Assembly: GCA_002746885.1 (NCBI GenBank)
Contig: PDRS01000008.1
Span: forward strand, 3,376-67,375
Length of the DNA: 64,000 bases
Source: Candidatus Saccharimonadota bacterium
GTDB taxonomy: Bacteria; Patescibacteriota; Saccharimonadia; Saccharimonadales; UBA4665
Direction of reading: 5' to 3'
The notes under the pieces were generated by a model, which was given only the letters and a program-made list of their open reading frames with translations, had not been told where the DNA came from and did no database searches. This document shows, piece after piece, positions 8,357-18,710 of the stretch; position 1 is the first letter of the stretch; every line of letters begins with the position of its first letter. The position numbers were made by a program, and so were the translations under genes.

Positions 8357-9771
8357 TTATGAAGTTTGGCGGCACTTCGGTGGGCAACGCCGAGCGCATC
8401 GGCACGGTTGCAAAGCTTGTCAAAAGCAACCAAGCTTCGCGACCCGTCGTCGTTACCTCCGCCATGACGCAAATCACCAACCAGCTCGAAGAAATGGCCC
8501 GCCTTGCAACCGCTCAAAACCGCAAGCGTGCCATTGCCGCAAAACTTTCGGCGCTCAAAACCGTACACGAAGAAGCTATTGCGGGCCTGAAACTCGAACC
8601 AACCGCCGAAGCCGACCTGCGCGAAATCATACAGCAAAAGATTGCAATTCTCGACAACATACTCAAAAGCGTGACCTCGCTTGGCGAACTAACTCCGCGC
8701 GGCCGCGACCTCATTTTGTCTTTTGGCGAGCGGCTGTCTGTTCACCTCGTAGCAGCTGCTCTTAACCGCGAAGGCGTTCCAGCAGTTGCCGTCAATGCCA
8801 CCGACTACCTCATAACGGACGATAATTTCACTGACGCCCAGCCGCTGTTTACGCTCTCTAAGAAAAAAGCCCAAAAACTGCTTGTACCCCTCATAGAAAA
8901 CGGCACTGTGCCAGTGGTAACCGGTTTCATCGGTGCTACGCGCGACGGCGTCACAACCACTTTGGGCCGCGGCGGTTCTGATTTTTCGGCGACCATTCTC
9001 GGCTACTGCCTAGACGCAAAAGAGGTGTGGATATGGACCGATGTCGACGGTGTCATGACGAGCGATCCGCGTATTGTACCGCACGCTCGTTCCATAGCAT
9101 GCATGTCGTATGAAGAAGCCTCGGAGCTTTCATACTTTGGCGCAAAAGTCATTCATCCACGCACCATGACACCGACAGCTGAGCTCGGCATACCTATCGT
9201 CATCAAAAACACCATGAACCCAGATCATCCTGGCACGCGTATTACGCCAAAAGGCGATAGTACTGCTACCGGTGCCAGAGCGCTGACACTTATGAAAAAC
9301 CTTGCCATGATCACCATACAAGGCAAGGGTATGCGCGGCGTGTATGGTGTCGCAGCGCGTGTTTTCGACACTTTGGCAGTGGCGCACGTGAGCGTGCTGT
9401 TTATTTCTCAGGCATCGTCAGAAAACAACATCACCATCGTCGTCGAAAAAACCGACGGCCAAGTCGCTGCGCGGGCGCTGCGGCAAGCTTTTGCCGCCGC
9501 CATACGCAACAAACGGGTCGATCTCGTGGAATATCACAGCGGCGTATCTCTCATAGCCGTCGTGGGCGCCGGCATGCGTCATCACGTCGGTATTGCCGGA
9601 AAAATCTTTACTGCCCTTGGCGATAGACAGATTAACGTTGCTGCTATTGCCCAAGGCTCTTCCGAACTCAATATTACCCTCGTTGTCGAAAGCGACGCTG
9701 ACACAAAAGCCCTGCAGTGCATACACAATGCACTCTTCACAGCAAAAAACACGAAAGGAAACCGACTATGA
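8350..9771 (+). CDS. lysC: aspartate kinase
   Basis: MKFGGTSVGNAERI, VVVTSAM, GFIGATRDGVTTTLGRGGSDFSA and WTDVDGVMTSDPRIV are present, with two C-terminal ACT-like repeats. Confidence 0.9.
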   Translation: MLVMKFGGTSVGNAERIGTVAKLVKSNQASRPVVVTSAMTQITNQLEEMARLATAQNRKRAIAAKLSALKTVHEEAIAGLKLEPTAEADLREIIQQKIAILDNILKSVTSLGELTPRGRDLILSFGERLSVHLVAAALNREGVPAVAVNATDYLITDDNFTDAQPLFTLSKKKAQKLLVPLIENGTVPVVTGFIGATRDGVTTTLGRGGSDFSATILGYCLDAKEVWIWTDVDGVMTSDPRIVPHARSIACMSYEEASELSYFGAKVIHPRTMTPTAELGIPIVIKNTMNPDHPGTRITPKGDSTATGARALTLMKNLAMITIQGKGMRGVYGVAARVFDTLAVAHVSVLFISQASSENNITIVVEKTDGQVAARALRQAFAAAIRNKRVDLVEYHSGVSLIAVVGAGMRHHVGIAGKIFTALGDRQINVAAIAQGSSELNITLVVESDADTKALQCIHNALFTAKNTKGNRL

Positions 9772-10862
9772 ACACCTACAAAGCTGCTGTGCTTGGCGCA
9801 ACCGGCATGGTTGGTCAACGCTTCATTAGCTTACTAGACGAACACCCGTGGTTTCAGGTGGTGGCTGTGGCAGCATCGCCGCGCTCTGCGGGCAAATCAT
9901 ACCGCGAAGCAGTAGGCGAACGCTGGACCATGGCCAAACCCATACCATCTCGTGTTGCCGATTTGACCGTTCTGGCCGTCGAAGCAAACCTCGAAGCGAT
10001 TGCAGCTGAGGTTGATGTAGTGTTTTGCGCACTAGATATGGAGAAAGAAGCTATCCGGCGTATAGAAAAAGCCTATGCTGCCGCAGGTGTCGCAGTTATT
10101 TCTAACAACTCAGCGCACCGCTGGACGGAAGATGTTCCGATGATTATGCCAGAGGTCAACCCCGAACACGCCGCCCTCATACACACTCAGCGCAAAAACC
10201 GCGGCTGGACACATGGGTTCATTGCCGTCAAGCCAAACTGCTCTATTCAGTCATATGTATCGGTTCTGACGGCGCTCAAGGCGTATCGGCCGATTGATGT
10301 TGACGTTACAAGCCTGCAGGCCATTTCTGGCGCAGGCAAAACCTTTGCAACCTGGCCAGAAATGGTCGACAACGTCATACCGTACATAGGAGGCGAGGAA
10401 GAAAAAAGCGAAAAAGAACCCATGAAAATTTGGGGTACACTTGCAGACGATTCGGTGCAGCTGGCCGCTTCGCCGACCATAAACGCAACCTGCATTCGCG
10501 TACCTGTCAGCGACGGCCACATGGCGTCTGTGCGAGTGCAGTTTGCGCAGCCAGCGCGACAAGAAGAGCTGGTCGCTGCTATGCAGAATTTTTCTAATCC
10601 GCTCGCCGAACTTGCGCTGCCGTCTGCCCCGAAGCAACTCATCCAATACATCGATGACGAATCACGCCCCCAAACCAAACTTGACCGCGACTACGGAAAC
10701 GGGATGGGCGTATCTGTCGGGCGCTTGCGGGCGCTTAGCGAAAAACAGTGGCAGTTCATCGCCCTCGCCCACAACACCGTCAGAGGTGCTGCTGGCGGTG
10801 CCGTCCTCATGGCCGAACTATTAGCCGCCAAAGGCTACATACACTCCCGCGCAGGCAAGTAG
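9768..10862 (+). CDS. asd: aspartate-semialdehyde dehydrogenase
   Basis: MNTYKAAVLGATGMVGQRF is the N-terminal NAD(P) motif. The active-site region is KPNCSIQ. The C-terminal region is AHNTVRGAAGGAVL. Its start overlaps the lysC stop as ATGA. Confidence 0.9.
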   Translation: MNTYKAAVLGATGMVGQRFISLLDEHPWFQVVAVAASPRSAGKSYREAVGERWTMAKPIPSRVADLTVLAVEANLEAIAAEVDVVFCALDMEKEAIRRIEKAYAAAGVAVISNNSAHRWTEDVPMIMPEVNPEHAALIHTQRKNRGWTHGFIAVKPNCSIQSYVSVLTALKAYRPIDVDVTSLQAISGAGKTFATWPEMVDNVIPYIGGEEEKSEKEPMKIWGTLADDSVQLAASPTINATCIRVPVSDGHMASVRVQFAQPARQEELVAAMQNFSNPLAELALPSAPKQLIQYIDDESRPQTKLDRDYGNGMGVSVGRLRALSEKQWQFIALAHNTVRGAAGGAVLMAELLAAKGYIHSRAGK

Positions 10863-11100
10863 GTCAGCTACCGAAGTCGAAGCCGAAACGAAACCAAAAA
10901 CCCCGCGCCGCTCAACACACCTCATGCACAAATACGCAAACTGTCTACTTATTTATGCTATCGCATAGAAAAGTAGACGCTATAATTCGCTATGCGAGGC
11001 GGCTGCTCCACGTAATCATCAGCGCTCATTCACGTTACGGCTGTATAAGATGTATGCGTTCATTTGCTCACCCAGCCGTTTGCCAACTATACTGTATACG

Positions 11101-11463
11101 ATGAAATATAGCGGCACCGTCATTCATGGCGACAGCTACGGCCACGCGCTCGGTTTTCCTACAGCAAACCTCGACCCGAAACTGCTTGCGCACGTGGAAA
11201 AAGCGGGCGTATACACCTGCGTGGTTCACCTGGGGTCACAAAACTATGGAGGCGTCCTGTATCTCGGCCCGCGTATCACGCTCGGCGAAACCAAGCGTGT
11301 CCTCGAAATCCATCTACTCGATTTTAATCAGGACATTTATGGTCAAGTTCTCACGTTTGAAATCGGCTCTTTCATTCGCCCTCCTATGGATTTTTCGAGC
11401 GTCGATGAGCTCAAAAACCAGCTCCGAGCCGACATTACAGCCGCCCGCGGCCCCTCACAATAA
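11101..11463 (+). CDS. riboflavin kinase (stand-alone RibF C-terminal-type domain)
   Basis: [21 protein letters not shown]...GVY...[15 protein letters not shown]...[18 protein letters not shown]. Confidence 0.75.
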   Translation: MKYSGTVIHGDSYGHALGFPTANLDPKLLAHVEKAGVYTCVVHLGSQNYGGVLYLGPRITLGETKRVLEIHLLDFNQDIYGQVLTFEIGSFIRPPMDFSSVDELKNQLRADITAARGPSQ

Positions 11464-11615
11464 ATTCGTTTTCGTCACGGCATCACCGCGCAACGGACCT
11501 AGCGGCCGCTTGGTTCTGTTTTCGTTTTGGTCCGAAATCTTTTGCGGTGGAGAGGTTTGCCGCCGCACGGACACGAAAGCCCGCATTTATCTTTTCGAGG
11601 TGCTATAGTATAGAC

Positions 11616-13241
11616 ATGAGCACAATAGACCCCACGCAAACCGATGCATGGCAACGACTGACCGAGCACAACGAATTATTTCACGAGAGTCTCCGCGAGC
11701 TGTTTGCAGCCGACGCAGCGCGCGGCAAACGCTTTGCAAAACAGGCTGGCGATGTGTACCTTGACTACTCGAAAAACCATGTGACCGATGACACTATGGC
11801 ACTTCTGTTCGGCCTCGCCCACGAGTGCAAGGTCGAGGCCTTGCGCGACGCCATGTTTGCCGGCGAAAAAATAAACACCACCGAAAAACGAGCCGTGCTC
11901 CACACCGCTTTGCGCAAACAGTCAGCGCATGCGGTGTTTGTCGACGGCAAAGACGTTATACCTGAAGTGCAAGCAGTGCTCGCACATATGCGCGAGTTTG
12001 CTAACGCCGTCCGCAGTGGCGCCTGGAAGGGCTACACTGGCAAACGCATTCGACACATTGTAAACATCGGCATTGGCGGTTCAGACCTTGGTCCCGTTAT
12101 GGCCACCGAGGCACTCCGGTTCTATAGCGATCGCGAACTCCAGACGCATTTTGTTTCCAATATAGACGGCACGCACATTGAGGAAACGCTTCAGGCGCTC
12201 GACCCCGCCGAAACCCTTTTCATTATCGCCAGCAAAACTTTCACTACAGACGAAACTATGACAAACGCCGCCAGTGCACGAGGTTGGCTACTGGAAACAC
12301 TGGGCGAACCCGAAGCGGTCAAAAACCATTTTGTCGCGCTGAGTACCAACACCGAAGCAGTCCAAGCCTTTGGCATAGACCCTGCCAATATGTTTCAGTT
12401 TTGGGATTGGGTGGGTGGGCGGTACAGCCTGACAAGCGCAATTGGTCTGAGCGTCATGCTGGCCATCGGTCCAGAGAACTTCGACGAACTTCTGCGCGGT
12501 TTTTTCGTAATGGATGAACACTTTCGTACCGCACCGCTGACAGAAAACATGCCAGTCATTCTCGCGCTCATTGGTATCTGGAACACAAACTTCCTCGGCG
12601 CAGAAACGGAGGCAATTTTGCCCTACGACCAGTATCTCCATCGTTTTCCCGCCTACTTCCAACAGGGCAATATGGAAAGCAACGGCAAAAGCGTACGAAG
12701 AGATGGTACGCCAGTTCGCTATACCACTGGGCCAGTTGTGTGGGGAGAGCCAGGCACAAACGGCCAGCATGCGTTTTATCAACTACTGCACCAGGGAACG
12801 CGGTTTGTGCCGTGCGATTTCATCGGTTTCGCGCAGACACTCAATGACCCTGACGGCAAAGGAACACACCACCGTAAGCTCACCGCAAACATGTTCGCGC
12901 AGGCGCAAGCACTCGCTTTTGGCAAAACCGTCGACGAGGTTCGCGCAGATGGCGTGCCAGAAACGCTCGTTGCTCACAAAACATTCCCAGGTAACCGACC
13001 AAGTAACACCTTGTTGCTTCCGAAGCTAACTCCTCATACATTCGGGCAGCTCGTTGCGCTATACGAACACAAGATATTCGTCCAAGGCGCCATATGGGGC
13101 ATAAACAGTTTCGACCAGTGGGGCGTCGAGCTCGGCAAAGTGCTCGCAAAAGATATCGCCGAGCAGCTCGCAAAAGGCGATGTTTCCGCCCAAGATTCCT
13201 CTACGGAAGCGCTCATTCGCCAGTGGCGCGCAAAACAATAA
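11616..13241 (+). CDS. pgi: glucose-6-phosphate isomerase
   Basis: Full-length PGI with [33 protein letters not shown] and [15 protein letters not shown]. Confidence 0.92.
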   Translation: MSTIDPTQTDAWQRLTEHNELFHESLRELFAADAARGKRFAKQAGDVYLDYSKNHVTDDTMALLFGLAHECKVEALRDAMFAGEKINTTEKRAVLHTALRKQSAHAVFVDGKDVIPEVQAVLAHMREFANAVRSGAWKGYTGKRIRHIVNIGIGGSDLGPVMATEALRFYSDRELQTHFVSNIDGTHIEETLQALDPAETLFIIASKTFTTDETMTNAASARGWLLETLGEPEAVKNHFVALSTNTEAVQAFGIDPANMFQFWDWVGGRYSLTSAIGLSVMLAIGPENFDELLRGFFVMDEHFRTAPLTENMPVILALIGIWNTNFLGAETEAILPYDQYLHRFPAYFQQGNMESNGKSVRRDGTPVRYTTGPVVWGEPGTNGQHAFYQLLHQGTRFVPCDFIGFAQTLNDPDGKGTHHRKLTANMFAQAQALAFGKTVDEVRADGVPETLVAHKTFPGNRPSNTLLLPKLTPHTFGQLVALYEHKIFVQGAIWGINSFDQWGVELGKVLAKDIAEQLAKGDVSAQDSSTEALIRQWRAKQ

Positions 13242-13728
13242 CTTCTTTTTCTGTCACGACGCAATCAAGAGGGATGTCGTGTGCTTCGTGCGGGAGATGC
13301 GGAAGCTCCGCCCAAGCATAAGCAAGACCAATTTTTTGCGCTTGAGGTTGCGCCGCAAGCCAGCGATCATACCAGCCGCCGCCCATGCCAAGACGAAACC
13401 CCTCCCTATCAAAGCCCACTACCGGAACGAAAATAACATCAAACTCTTCCTCCGGAAACACTGCATTCGACGCCGCCTGACCTATGGTCACCGTCACGTG
13501 GGGCTGTTTTGCCGCCAGCCAGTCTATGATAGGGCGTGTCTCGACTTCACCGAGGTGCGGCAACGAGTCATAGATATGCACCGAACGTACGACTGACCAG
13601 TCAGCAGCACTCTGTACGCGAGCCGCAAGTTGCGCACTTGCTGCTTTTACTTCGCGCGGACGCAACGAGCTCCGGCGAGCCAGAAGCTCGCGGCGCAACG
13701 CATCTTTCTTTCCACCGGCTTTCGTCAT
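13213..13728 (-). CDS. 5-formyltetrahydrofolate cyclo-ligase
   Basis: Contains [12 protein letters not shown] and [24 protein letters not shown], the MTHFS family C-terminal motif. Confidence 0.8.
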   Translation of the reverse strand: MTKAGGKKDALRRELLARRSSLRPREVKAASAQLAARVQSAADWSVVRSVHIYDSLPHLGEVETRPIIDWLAAKQPHVTVTIGQAASNAVFPEEEFDVIFVPVVGFDREGFRLGMGGGWYDRWLAAQPQAQKIGLAYAWAELPHLPHEAHDIPLDCVVTEKEVIVLRATGE

Positions 13729-13797
13729 ATACGTCTATTATCCCATAGTCGGCTTTGCTGACCTATACTCGCCAGTATATACTTATACATAAGCGTT

Positions 13798-15873
13798 ATG
13801 AAGTTTTTCCAGTTCACGACTCATCAAGGGTGGTCCCGCACACAGCTGCGCGCAGACTTTATTGCGGCGCTTGTCGTTACCGCCATAGCTATACCTGAAT
13901 CGCTCGGTTTTGCCGCTATCGTTGGGCTGCCGGTACAAACTGGTTTATACTGTGCGCTCCTTGCGCCGGTTGTGTTTGCACTCATGACGTCTTCGAAGCA
14001 CCTTGTCGTGGGGGCAGATTCTGCTACGGCGGCGCTCGTCGCCTCGGGCGCAAGCGCCGCGGCCGTTTTTGGCAGCGCCCAATACCCGGGCGCCGTCGCC
14101 ACACTCACCCTGCTCACTGGTATCATTCTCGTTGTCATGGCGCTGCTACGGTTTGGGTTTTTGGCCGACCTTATCTCTAAGCCCGTCTTTATCGGCCTAC
14201 TAGCGGGCGTGGGCGTACAGCTCATGGTTGGCCGATTGCCAGAAATGCTTGGGCTTGATCTGTCCGGCACGACGCTAGAAAAGCTCGGCGGTCTCGCAAG
14301 CAACATCGGCGATGTCAGCATTCTAACACTGTGGTTTTCTCTGAGCATTTTCGCCATTATCCTCATCGCGAACAAGCGAAAGCTGCCGGGTAGCCTCATA
14401 GCTATCGTTGCGGCCATGCTCGTTACGTTTGTGCTACATCTCGAAGAACAAGGCATAGCTGTCATTCAAGCCATACCGAGCGGATTACCTCTGCCGTTTA
14501 TACCCGATATCTCGGTCGCTACGGTGATGAAGCTTCTGCCAGCAGCTATAGCCATCGCTATCGTCATTCTAGCGCAAAGCTCTACCGTGACGCGCAACAC
14601 CGCTGCCCGTTTCGACGAACCAATCGACGACAATAGAGATCTCGGCGCGCTGGGCTTGGCAAACATTGCATCTAGCGTCACGCACGGTTTCGCAATAAAT
14701 GGCAGTCCGCCCCGCACCATTGCCGCCGAACTGTCGGGCGGCCGTACGCAAATGGTGAACATATTTATGGCGGGGATAATTGCGGTTATTTTGCTCTTTT
14801 TCGCCCACACGCTTGCGTATTTGCCAGTGGCGGCTCTCGCGACGGTCATTTTTTCGGTTGGCCTACATTTGTTTGACGCCGGTCGGCTTCGGCACATCTG
14901 GAAGGCGCGGCGCGAAGAGTTTTTTATTGCAGTTGTTGCACTCCTCGGGGTTGCGCTGTTTGGCGTGCAATACGGTGTCGCCATCGCCGTCGTTGTTTCT
15001 ATTCTCGATCGCTTGCGCCGACAACATCATCCCGTGGACGACATTCTCCTCCGCGATCAAAAACTCGATGACTGGGCAAAAGACCGTCTAAACCCACACC
15101 ACAAAAACCGCTCATCGCCACCAGGTGTTCTCGTGTATCGGTTTGGCGGTTCAGTCTTTTTTGAAAACGCAGACTATTTTGCACAGCGGCTGCGGGCGGC
15201 CATTGCCGAAGCAAAAAACCCTGTTTCGTATGTTATCGTCGACGCTGGAGCCATAAACGATCTTGACTACACTGCCGCCGAAACGCTGAAGCATATCTGC
15301 ATGAAGTGCCACGCCGACGGCATGCGGTTTGCGCTCGCACACGTTCCGCCGGAGCTTGAAGATCTGCTCGCTCGGCACAGTCTGGTTGATATTATCGGCA
15401 AACACAACATTTTTCCGAGCCTTGAAGAAGCCGTCTTCGACGCGCCAACAAGCCGCCGTTCAAGCATCGATATGGTACAGCGCCTCCGCCCGCCAGAACA
15501 TCAGTACATCGTCATTGGCGGCAGCGTCATGGAAATGCTCAAGCTACGTAAAACTGGTAACCTCGATCTCGTCGTCAGTCGTTCGCTGTACAAACACTAC
15601 CGAAGTAAAAAGTGGAAAGAATACATCCAGGACGATGGCAAACGCATTTTGTCGCACAACGGCAACATAATCATGCAAACATATGTCGGCAAAAGTCTGA
15701 AAGACCTACTGCCGCGTGCGCAATACATCGAGGGCGTACCTTTTATGCACATCAACGACCTTATAGCTTGCAAAAAAACTATCGGACGCAAAAAAGATCT
15801 GGAAGACGTACGGCGACTCGAAAAATACCTTCGCGAACATCCGCACGCACGCGCCGAGCCAAAGCGAGTATAA
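13798..15873 (+). CDS. SulP-family anion permease with STAS domain and extra C-terminal domain
   Basis: SulP N-terminal motif is AIPESLGFAAIVGLPVQTGLY, followed by multiple TM segments. The STAS region is VLVYRFGGSVFFENADYF...VIVDAGAINDLDYTAAETL. An extra ~125 aa follows at the C-terminus. Confidence 0.85.
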   Translation: MKFFQFTTHQGWSRTQLRADFIAALVVTAIAIPESLGFAAIVGLPVQTGLYCALLAPVVFALMTSSKHLVVGADSATAALVASGASAAAVFGSAQYPGAVATLTLLTGIILVVMALLRFGFLADLISKPVFIGLLAGVGVQLMVGRLPEMLGLDLSGTTLEKLGGLASNIGDVSILTLWFSLSIFAIILIANKRKLPGSLIAIVAAMLVTFVLHLEEQGIAVIQAIPSGLPLPFIPDISVATVMKLLPAAIAIAIVILAQSSTVTRNTAARFDEPIDDNRDLGALGLANIASSVTHGFAINGSPPRTIAAELSGGRTQMVNIFMAGIIAVILLFFAHTLAYLPVAALATVIFSVGLHLFDAGRLRHIWKARREEFFIAVVALLGVALFGVQYGVAIAVVVSILDRLRRQHHPVDDILLRDQKLDDWAKDRLNPHHKNRSSPPGVLVYRFGGSVFFENADYFAQRLRAAIAEAKNPVSYVIVDAGAINDLDYTAAETLKHICMKCHADGMRFALAHVPPELEDLLARHSLVDIIGKHNIFPSLEEAVFDAPTSRRSSIDMVQRLRPPEHQYIVIGGSVMEMLKLRKTGNLDLVVSRSLYKHYRSKKWKEYIQDDGKRILSHNGNIIMQTYVGKSLKDLLPRAQYIEGVPFMHINDLIACKKTIGRKKDLEDVRRLEKYLREHPHARAEPKRV

Positions 15874-15880
15874 TGAAGTT

Positions 15881-17050
15881 ATGATCCAAGTTCTTTCAGC
15901 CCTCACTGCCAGCACCTACAAACACGCGCTCAAACCCCTGCTCTTTCGTCTACACCCAGACACCGCTCACCAACACGTACTACGCATGAGTCGTGTTCGG
16001 CAAAAGCTTCGCTTTAGCGATCCGCTCGTCAGGAAAGCGTGGGCGCACCAAGACAAAGCTGTTTTAGGACAAACCATAGACGGTGTTTTTTTCCCGAACC
16101 CAGTTGGGCTTTCTGCGGGGTTTGATAAAAATATTGAACTCGCACCAACCATGAAAACCATAGGGTTTGGATTTATGACCGGCGGTTCTGTGACACTTCA
16201 TGCCTGCGCAGGCAACCCAAAACCTTGGTACTACCGGCTACCGCAACGCAAGGCGCTGGTTGTTCATGCGGGCTTAGCCAATGAAGGTGTCGAACGCATC
16301 TGCGCGCGAATTCGCAGCTATAAAGACAAAACATTTACCCAGTTTCCGCTGGTTGTTTCTGCGGCCAAAACAAACAACGCGCGCAACTGCGATGACACAG
16401 AAGCAATCGCCGACTACGTCGGCAGTCTTGATCTACTCAAAGATATGCCACAGGTGCGCGTTCTGGAACTGAACATATCTTGCCCAAACACCTATGGCGG
16501 CGAGCCCTTTACCGACCCAAAGCGACTCGACAAGCTACTGAGCGCCATCGACGCTCGCAACATTACGAAACCCATTTGGGTTAAAATGCCGATAAATCAC
16601 TCATGGAAGGCATTTGATGCGCTCCTTGCCGTCATCGTAAAACACAAAGTGCGCGGCGTGACTATAGGCAACCTCAACAAAGACCGCAGCGGCATTTCGA
16701 CCAAGGAACTACCGCCCGATGTTAAAGGTAACCTGAGCGGTCTGCCGACACAGCAACTCAGTGACAACCTCATCGCAAAAACATACAAAGCCTACGGAAA
16801 CCGCCTGACGATCATCGGTGTCGGAGGTATATTTACCGCCGAAGACGCGTACCGCAAAATCCAGCTTGGCGCTAGCCTTGTGGAACTCGTGAGCGGCATG
16901 ATTTTTGAAGGACCTCAAGTTATTGGGCAGATTAACCGCGACCTTGTTCGACGCGCGCAAAAAGACGGCTACACGAACATTTCTGAAGCAGTCGGAGCTT
17001 CGCACACCCGTCGTTCGCGCACCAAACCACCCAAAGAAAAAGCCGCATAG
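15881..17050 (+). CDS. pyrD: dihydroorotate dehydrogenase (class 2, quinone-type)
   Basis: Contains NPVGLSAGFDKN, ELNISCPNT, GNLNKD, GLSG and IIGVGGI motifs. Confidence 0.85.
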   Translation: MIQVLSALTASTYKHALKPLLFRLHPDTAHQHVLRMSRVRQKLRFSDPLVRKAWAHQDKAVLGQTIDGVFFPNPVGLSAGFDKNIELAPTMKTIGFGFMTGGSVTLHACAGNPKPWYYRLPQRKALVVHAGLANEGVERICARIRSYKDKTFTQFPLVVSAAKTNNARNCDDTEAIADYVGSLDLLKDMPQVRVLELNISCPNTYGGEPFTDPKRLDKLLSAIDARNITKPIWVKMPINHSWKAFDALLAVIVKHKVRGVTIGNLNKDRSGISTKELPPDVKGNLSGLPTQQLSDNLIAKTYKAYGNRLTIIGVGGIFTAEDAYRKIQLGASLVELVSGMIFEGPQVIGQINRDLVRRAQKDGYTNISEAVGASHTRRSRTKPPKEKAA

Positions 17051-17106
17051 AAAAAGCCTCGTCGTGCGAGGCTTTGTCATCACCCGATGTTTGCACGGCG
17101 TACGTG

Positions 17107-17268
17107 CTACACATAACGCCGGCGCCTAAGCACGAGAGCAAAACCAGCAATAGGGTGCGCTCTCCGGCGGCGCTGCCACTTCGCCTCAAAACGTCGAACG
17201 ACAGCTTGAAGCTCGGCATCCGTCCGCGGACGTAGGTTGGCTGGCTGCTGAGTAGTGGTTGTGTTCAT
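17107..17268 (-). CDS. hypothetical small Arg-rich protein (53 aa)
   Basis: GGGAGGAAAACGT lies upstream of the ATG (a strong SD). I translated it by hand as MNTTTTQQPANLRPRTDAELQAVVRRFEAKWQRRRRAHPIAGFALVLRRRRYV. It falls below the ORF-track cutoff and has no recognised family. Confidence 0.3.
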   Translation of the reverse strand: MNTTTTQQPANLRPRTDAELQAVVRRFEAKWQRRRRAHPIAGFALVLRRRRYV

Positions 17269-17503
17269 ACGTTTTCCTCCCGCATGCTACTCATATACTA
17301 CCGTGAACACAGCCTGCGAACAGTAACGAATATTACACATCCGCTGTGATAAATCATACACAATGCACTGCATAAAACCTGAACCTCATAAAAAACATCA
17401 GCGCCTTAAACGGCAGCAAGTGGCCGCACAATCTTCGGTAGCGGAAGACTAAATACCGCGCCTATCTAGGGGTGATAGCGAGTGAACCAAAGTGCTGTTT
17501 AAA

Positions 17504-17719
17504 TCACGCTGAGCCGCCCTTGCGGCCCGCTTCGCGCGCGCGTTCGGGGTCGTTTTTGAAATTGCCCGGACTCACGCTACCGCCAACCTTGCCGGCTGCC
17601 GAAGCACGCGCGAGATTGTACTTAAAGTTTCCCGAGCTTGCCTTACCGCCTTTGCGTCCGGCTGCCGCATGGCCGGCTGGGTTGCCGTGCCACCCCTTAC
17701 CTTGCTTGCTTTGTACCAT
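17504..17719 (-). CDS. KGG-repeat stress-induced protein (YciG/GsiB-like)
   Basis: GAGGAG SD upstream. Sequence is MVQSKQGKGWHGNPAGHAAAGRKGGKASSGNFK...DPERAREAGRKGGSA, with repeated (R)KGG motifs. Confidence 0.7.
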   Translation of the reverse strand: MVQSKQGKGWHGNPAGHAAAGRKGGKASSGNFKYNLARASAAGKVGGSVSPGNFKNDPERAREAGRKGGSA

Positions 17720-17784
17720 AGTTACTCCTCGTTCTACGCACATACCATGATATGCGTAGCGCCAACCGTATGCTATGAGCTTTC

Positions 17785-18129
17785 TCACACAATCGGCCAA
17801 ATGACCTTGCCGAGAATATTGTTTTTTTCGACAAGCCCAAAATGGCGGCTGTCGGTGCTGCGCGAAGGATTATCGCCGCGCACATCATACTTGTCCCCGT
17901 GCACAATATGAACGCGCTTGATTTTTTCCTTCCCTTTATGCAGCAAAACTACTACGTCTTCTGGGTGATATAGCCGCTTTCGAGCAACCAAAACGACTCG
18001 TCCTGGGTCGAGTACCGGCGACATGCTTTCACCAACGACTCGGCGCACGCCAAAAAACAGTTTTTTCGGTGCAGCTCGTTGCGGTGCGCCTTTACTGCTT
18101 TGTTTTCCAGAAGATGTCAGCGATGCCAT
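17785..18129 (-). CDS. sodX: S26 signal-peptidase-like Ni-SOD maturation protease
   Basis: GESMSPVL holds the catalytic Ser and RGDNPSRSTDSRHFG is the S26 box. The gene lies immediately downstream of, and overlaps, sodN. Confidence 0.7.
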   Translation of the reverse strand: MASLTSSGKQSSKGAPQRAAPKKLFFGVRRVVGESMSPVLDPGRVVLVARKRLYHPEDVVVLLHKGKEKIKRVHIVHGDKYDVRGDNPSRSTDSRHFGLVEKNNILGKVIWPIV

Positions 18130-18472
18130 CTATCATCTCCAATAAGGTTTGCACTTCTGCGGGGTCGCGATGATGTTTGCACGCGCTCGCTTGTTTTATG
18201 GCATACCAAAACTTTTCGTGCAAGTCCGGATAATCCTTGAGGTGCGCTGGCTTAAAGTAATCGGCCCAGAGCACCATAAGATGCTGCTTGACCAACTCGG
18301 CGCGCTGCTCTATGAGGATGACAGCGCGCAGCTTATTGTGCTCGTCGAGCGTTTCGTACTTTTCCATCATGGCTTTGACGCTTGCCGCCTCAATCCGCGC
18401 CTGTGCCGGATCGTACACCCCGCACGGCAAATCACAATGCGCATAGGCTGGTTTGATGTGAAATCGTTTCAT
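18092..18472 (-). CDS. sodN: nickel superoxide dismutase precursor
   Basis: A propeptide, MKRFHIKPAYA, is followed by HCDLPCGVYDP, the Ni-hook (His-Cys-x-x-Pro-Cys-Gly-x-Tyr). The 4-helix-bundle length is about 115 aa. Confidence 0.9.
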   Translation of the reverse strand: MKRFHIKPAYAHCDLPCGVYDPAQARIEAASVKAMMEKYETLDEHNKLRAVILIEQRAELVKQHLMVLWADYFKPAHLKDYPDLHEKFWYAIKQASACKHHRDPAEVQTLLEMIDGIADIFWKTKQ

Positions 18473-18710
18473 TGTATCCCCCTCTTATGTGTTGCTCCTT
18501 AGTATAACCTTGCTACGATATAATCGCCACCGCTCATACAAAACTCTGCTTGTAGAAGCAAATTAAAGAGCAGGCTATCAGTCGACAGCGTGTCGACAAC
18601 CTTTCGCTAGCAAGTAGCTCAGCAGTTATGAAAAAGCAAAATACACAGAACGAACACGAAAAATCCATTCATGAACAGATACCTGACAAATTACGCTGAG
18701 CCTTACCGGT

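Noticed and set aside
8350-9771. Possibility of an alternative genetic code (UGA recoding, as in some candidate phyla).
   Set aside because: TGA is used as a functional stop. The lysC stop overlaps the asd start as ATGA, and protein lengths match family expectations. TAA, TAG and TGA all terminate well-supported genes, so the standard code is retained. This is also why the in-frame TAG at 59168 is treated as a genuine interruption.
10943-10986. The composite hairpin GTCTACTT-ATT-TATGC-TATC-GCATA-GAA-AAGTAGAC is followed by TATAAT. It lies downstream of asd and upstream of riboflavin kinase, and was checked as an FMN riboswitch or attenuator.
   Set aside because: No RFN-element conserved blocks are present. 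The hairpin lacks a U-tract. The kinase has its own -10 box right at its start. It is most simply an asd 3' stem-loop.
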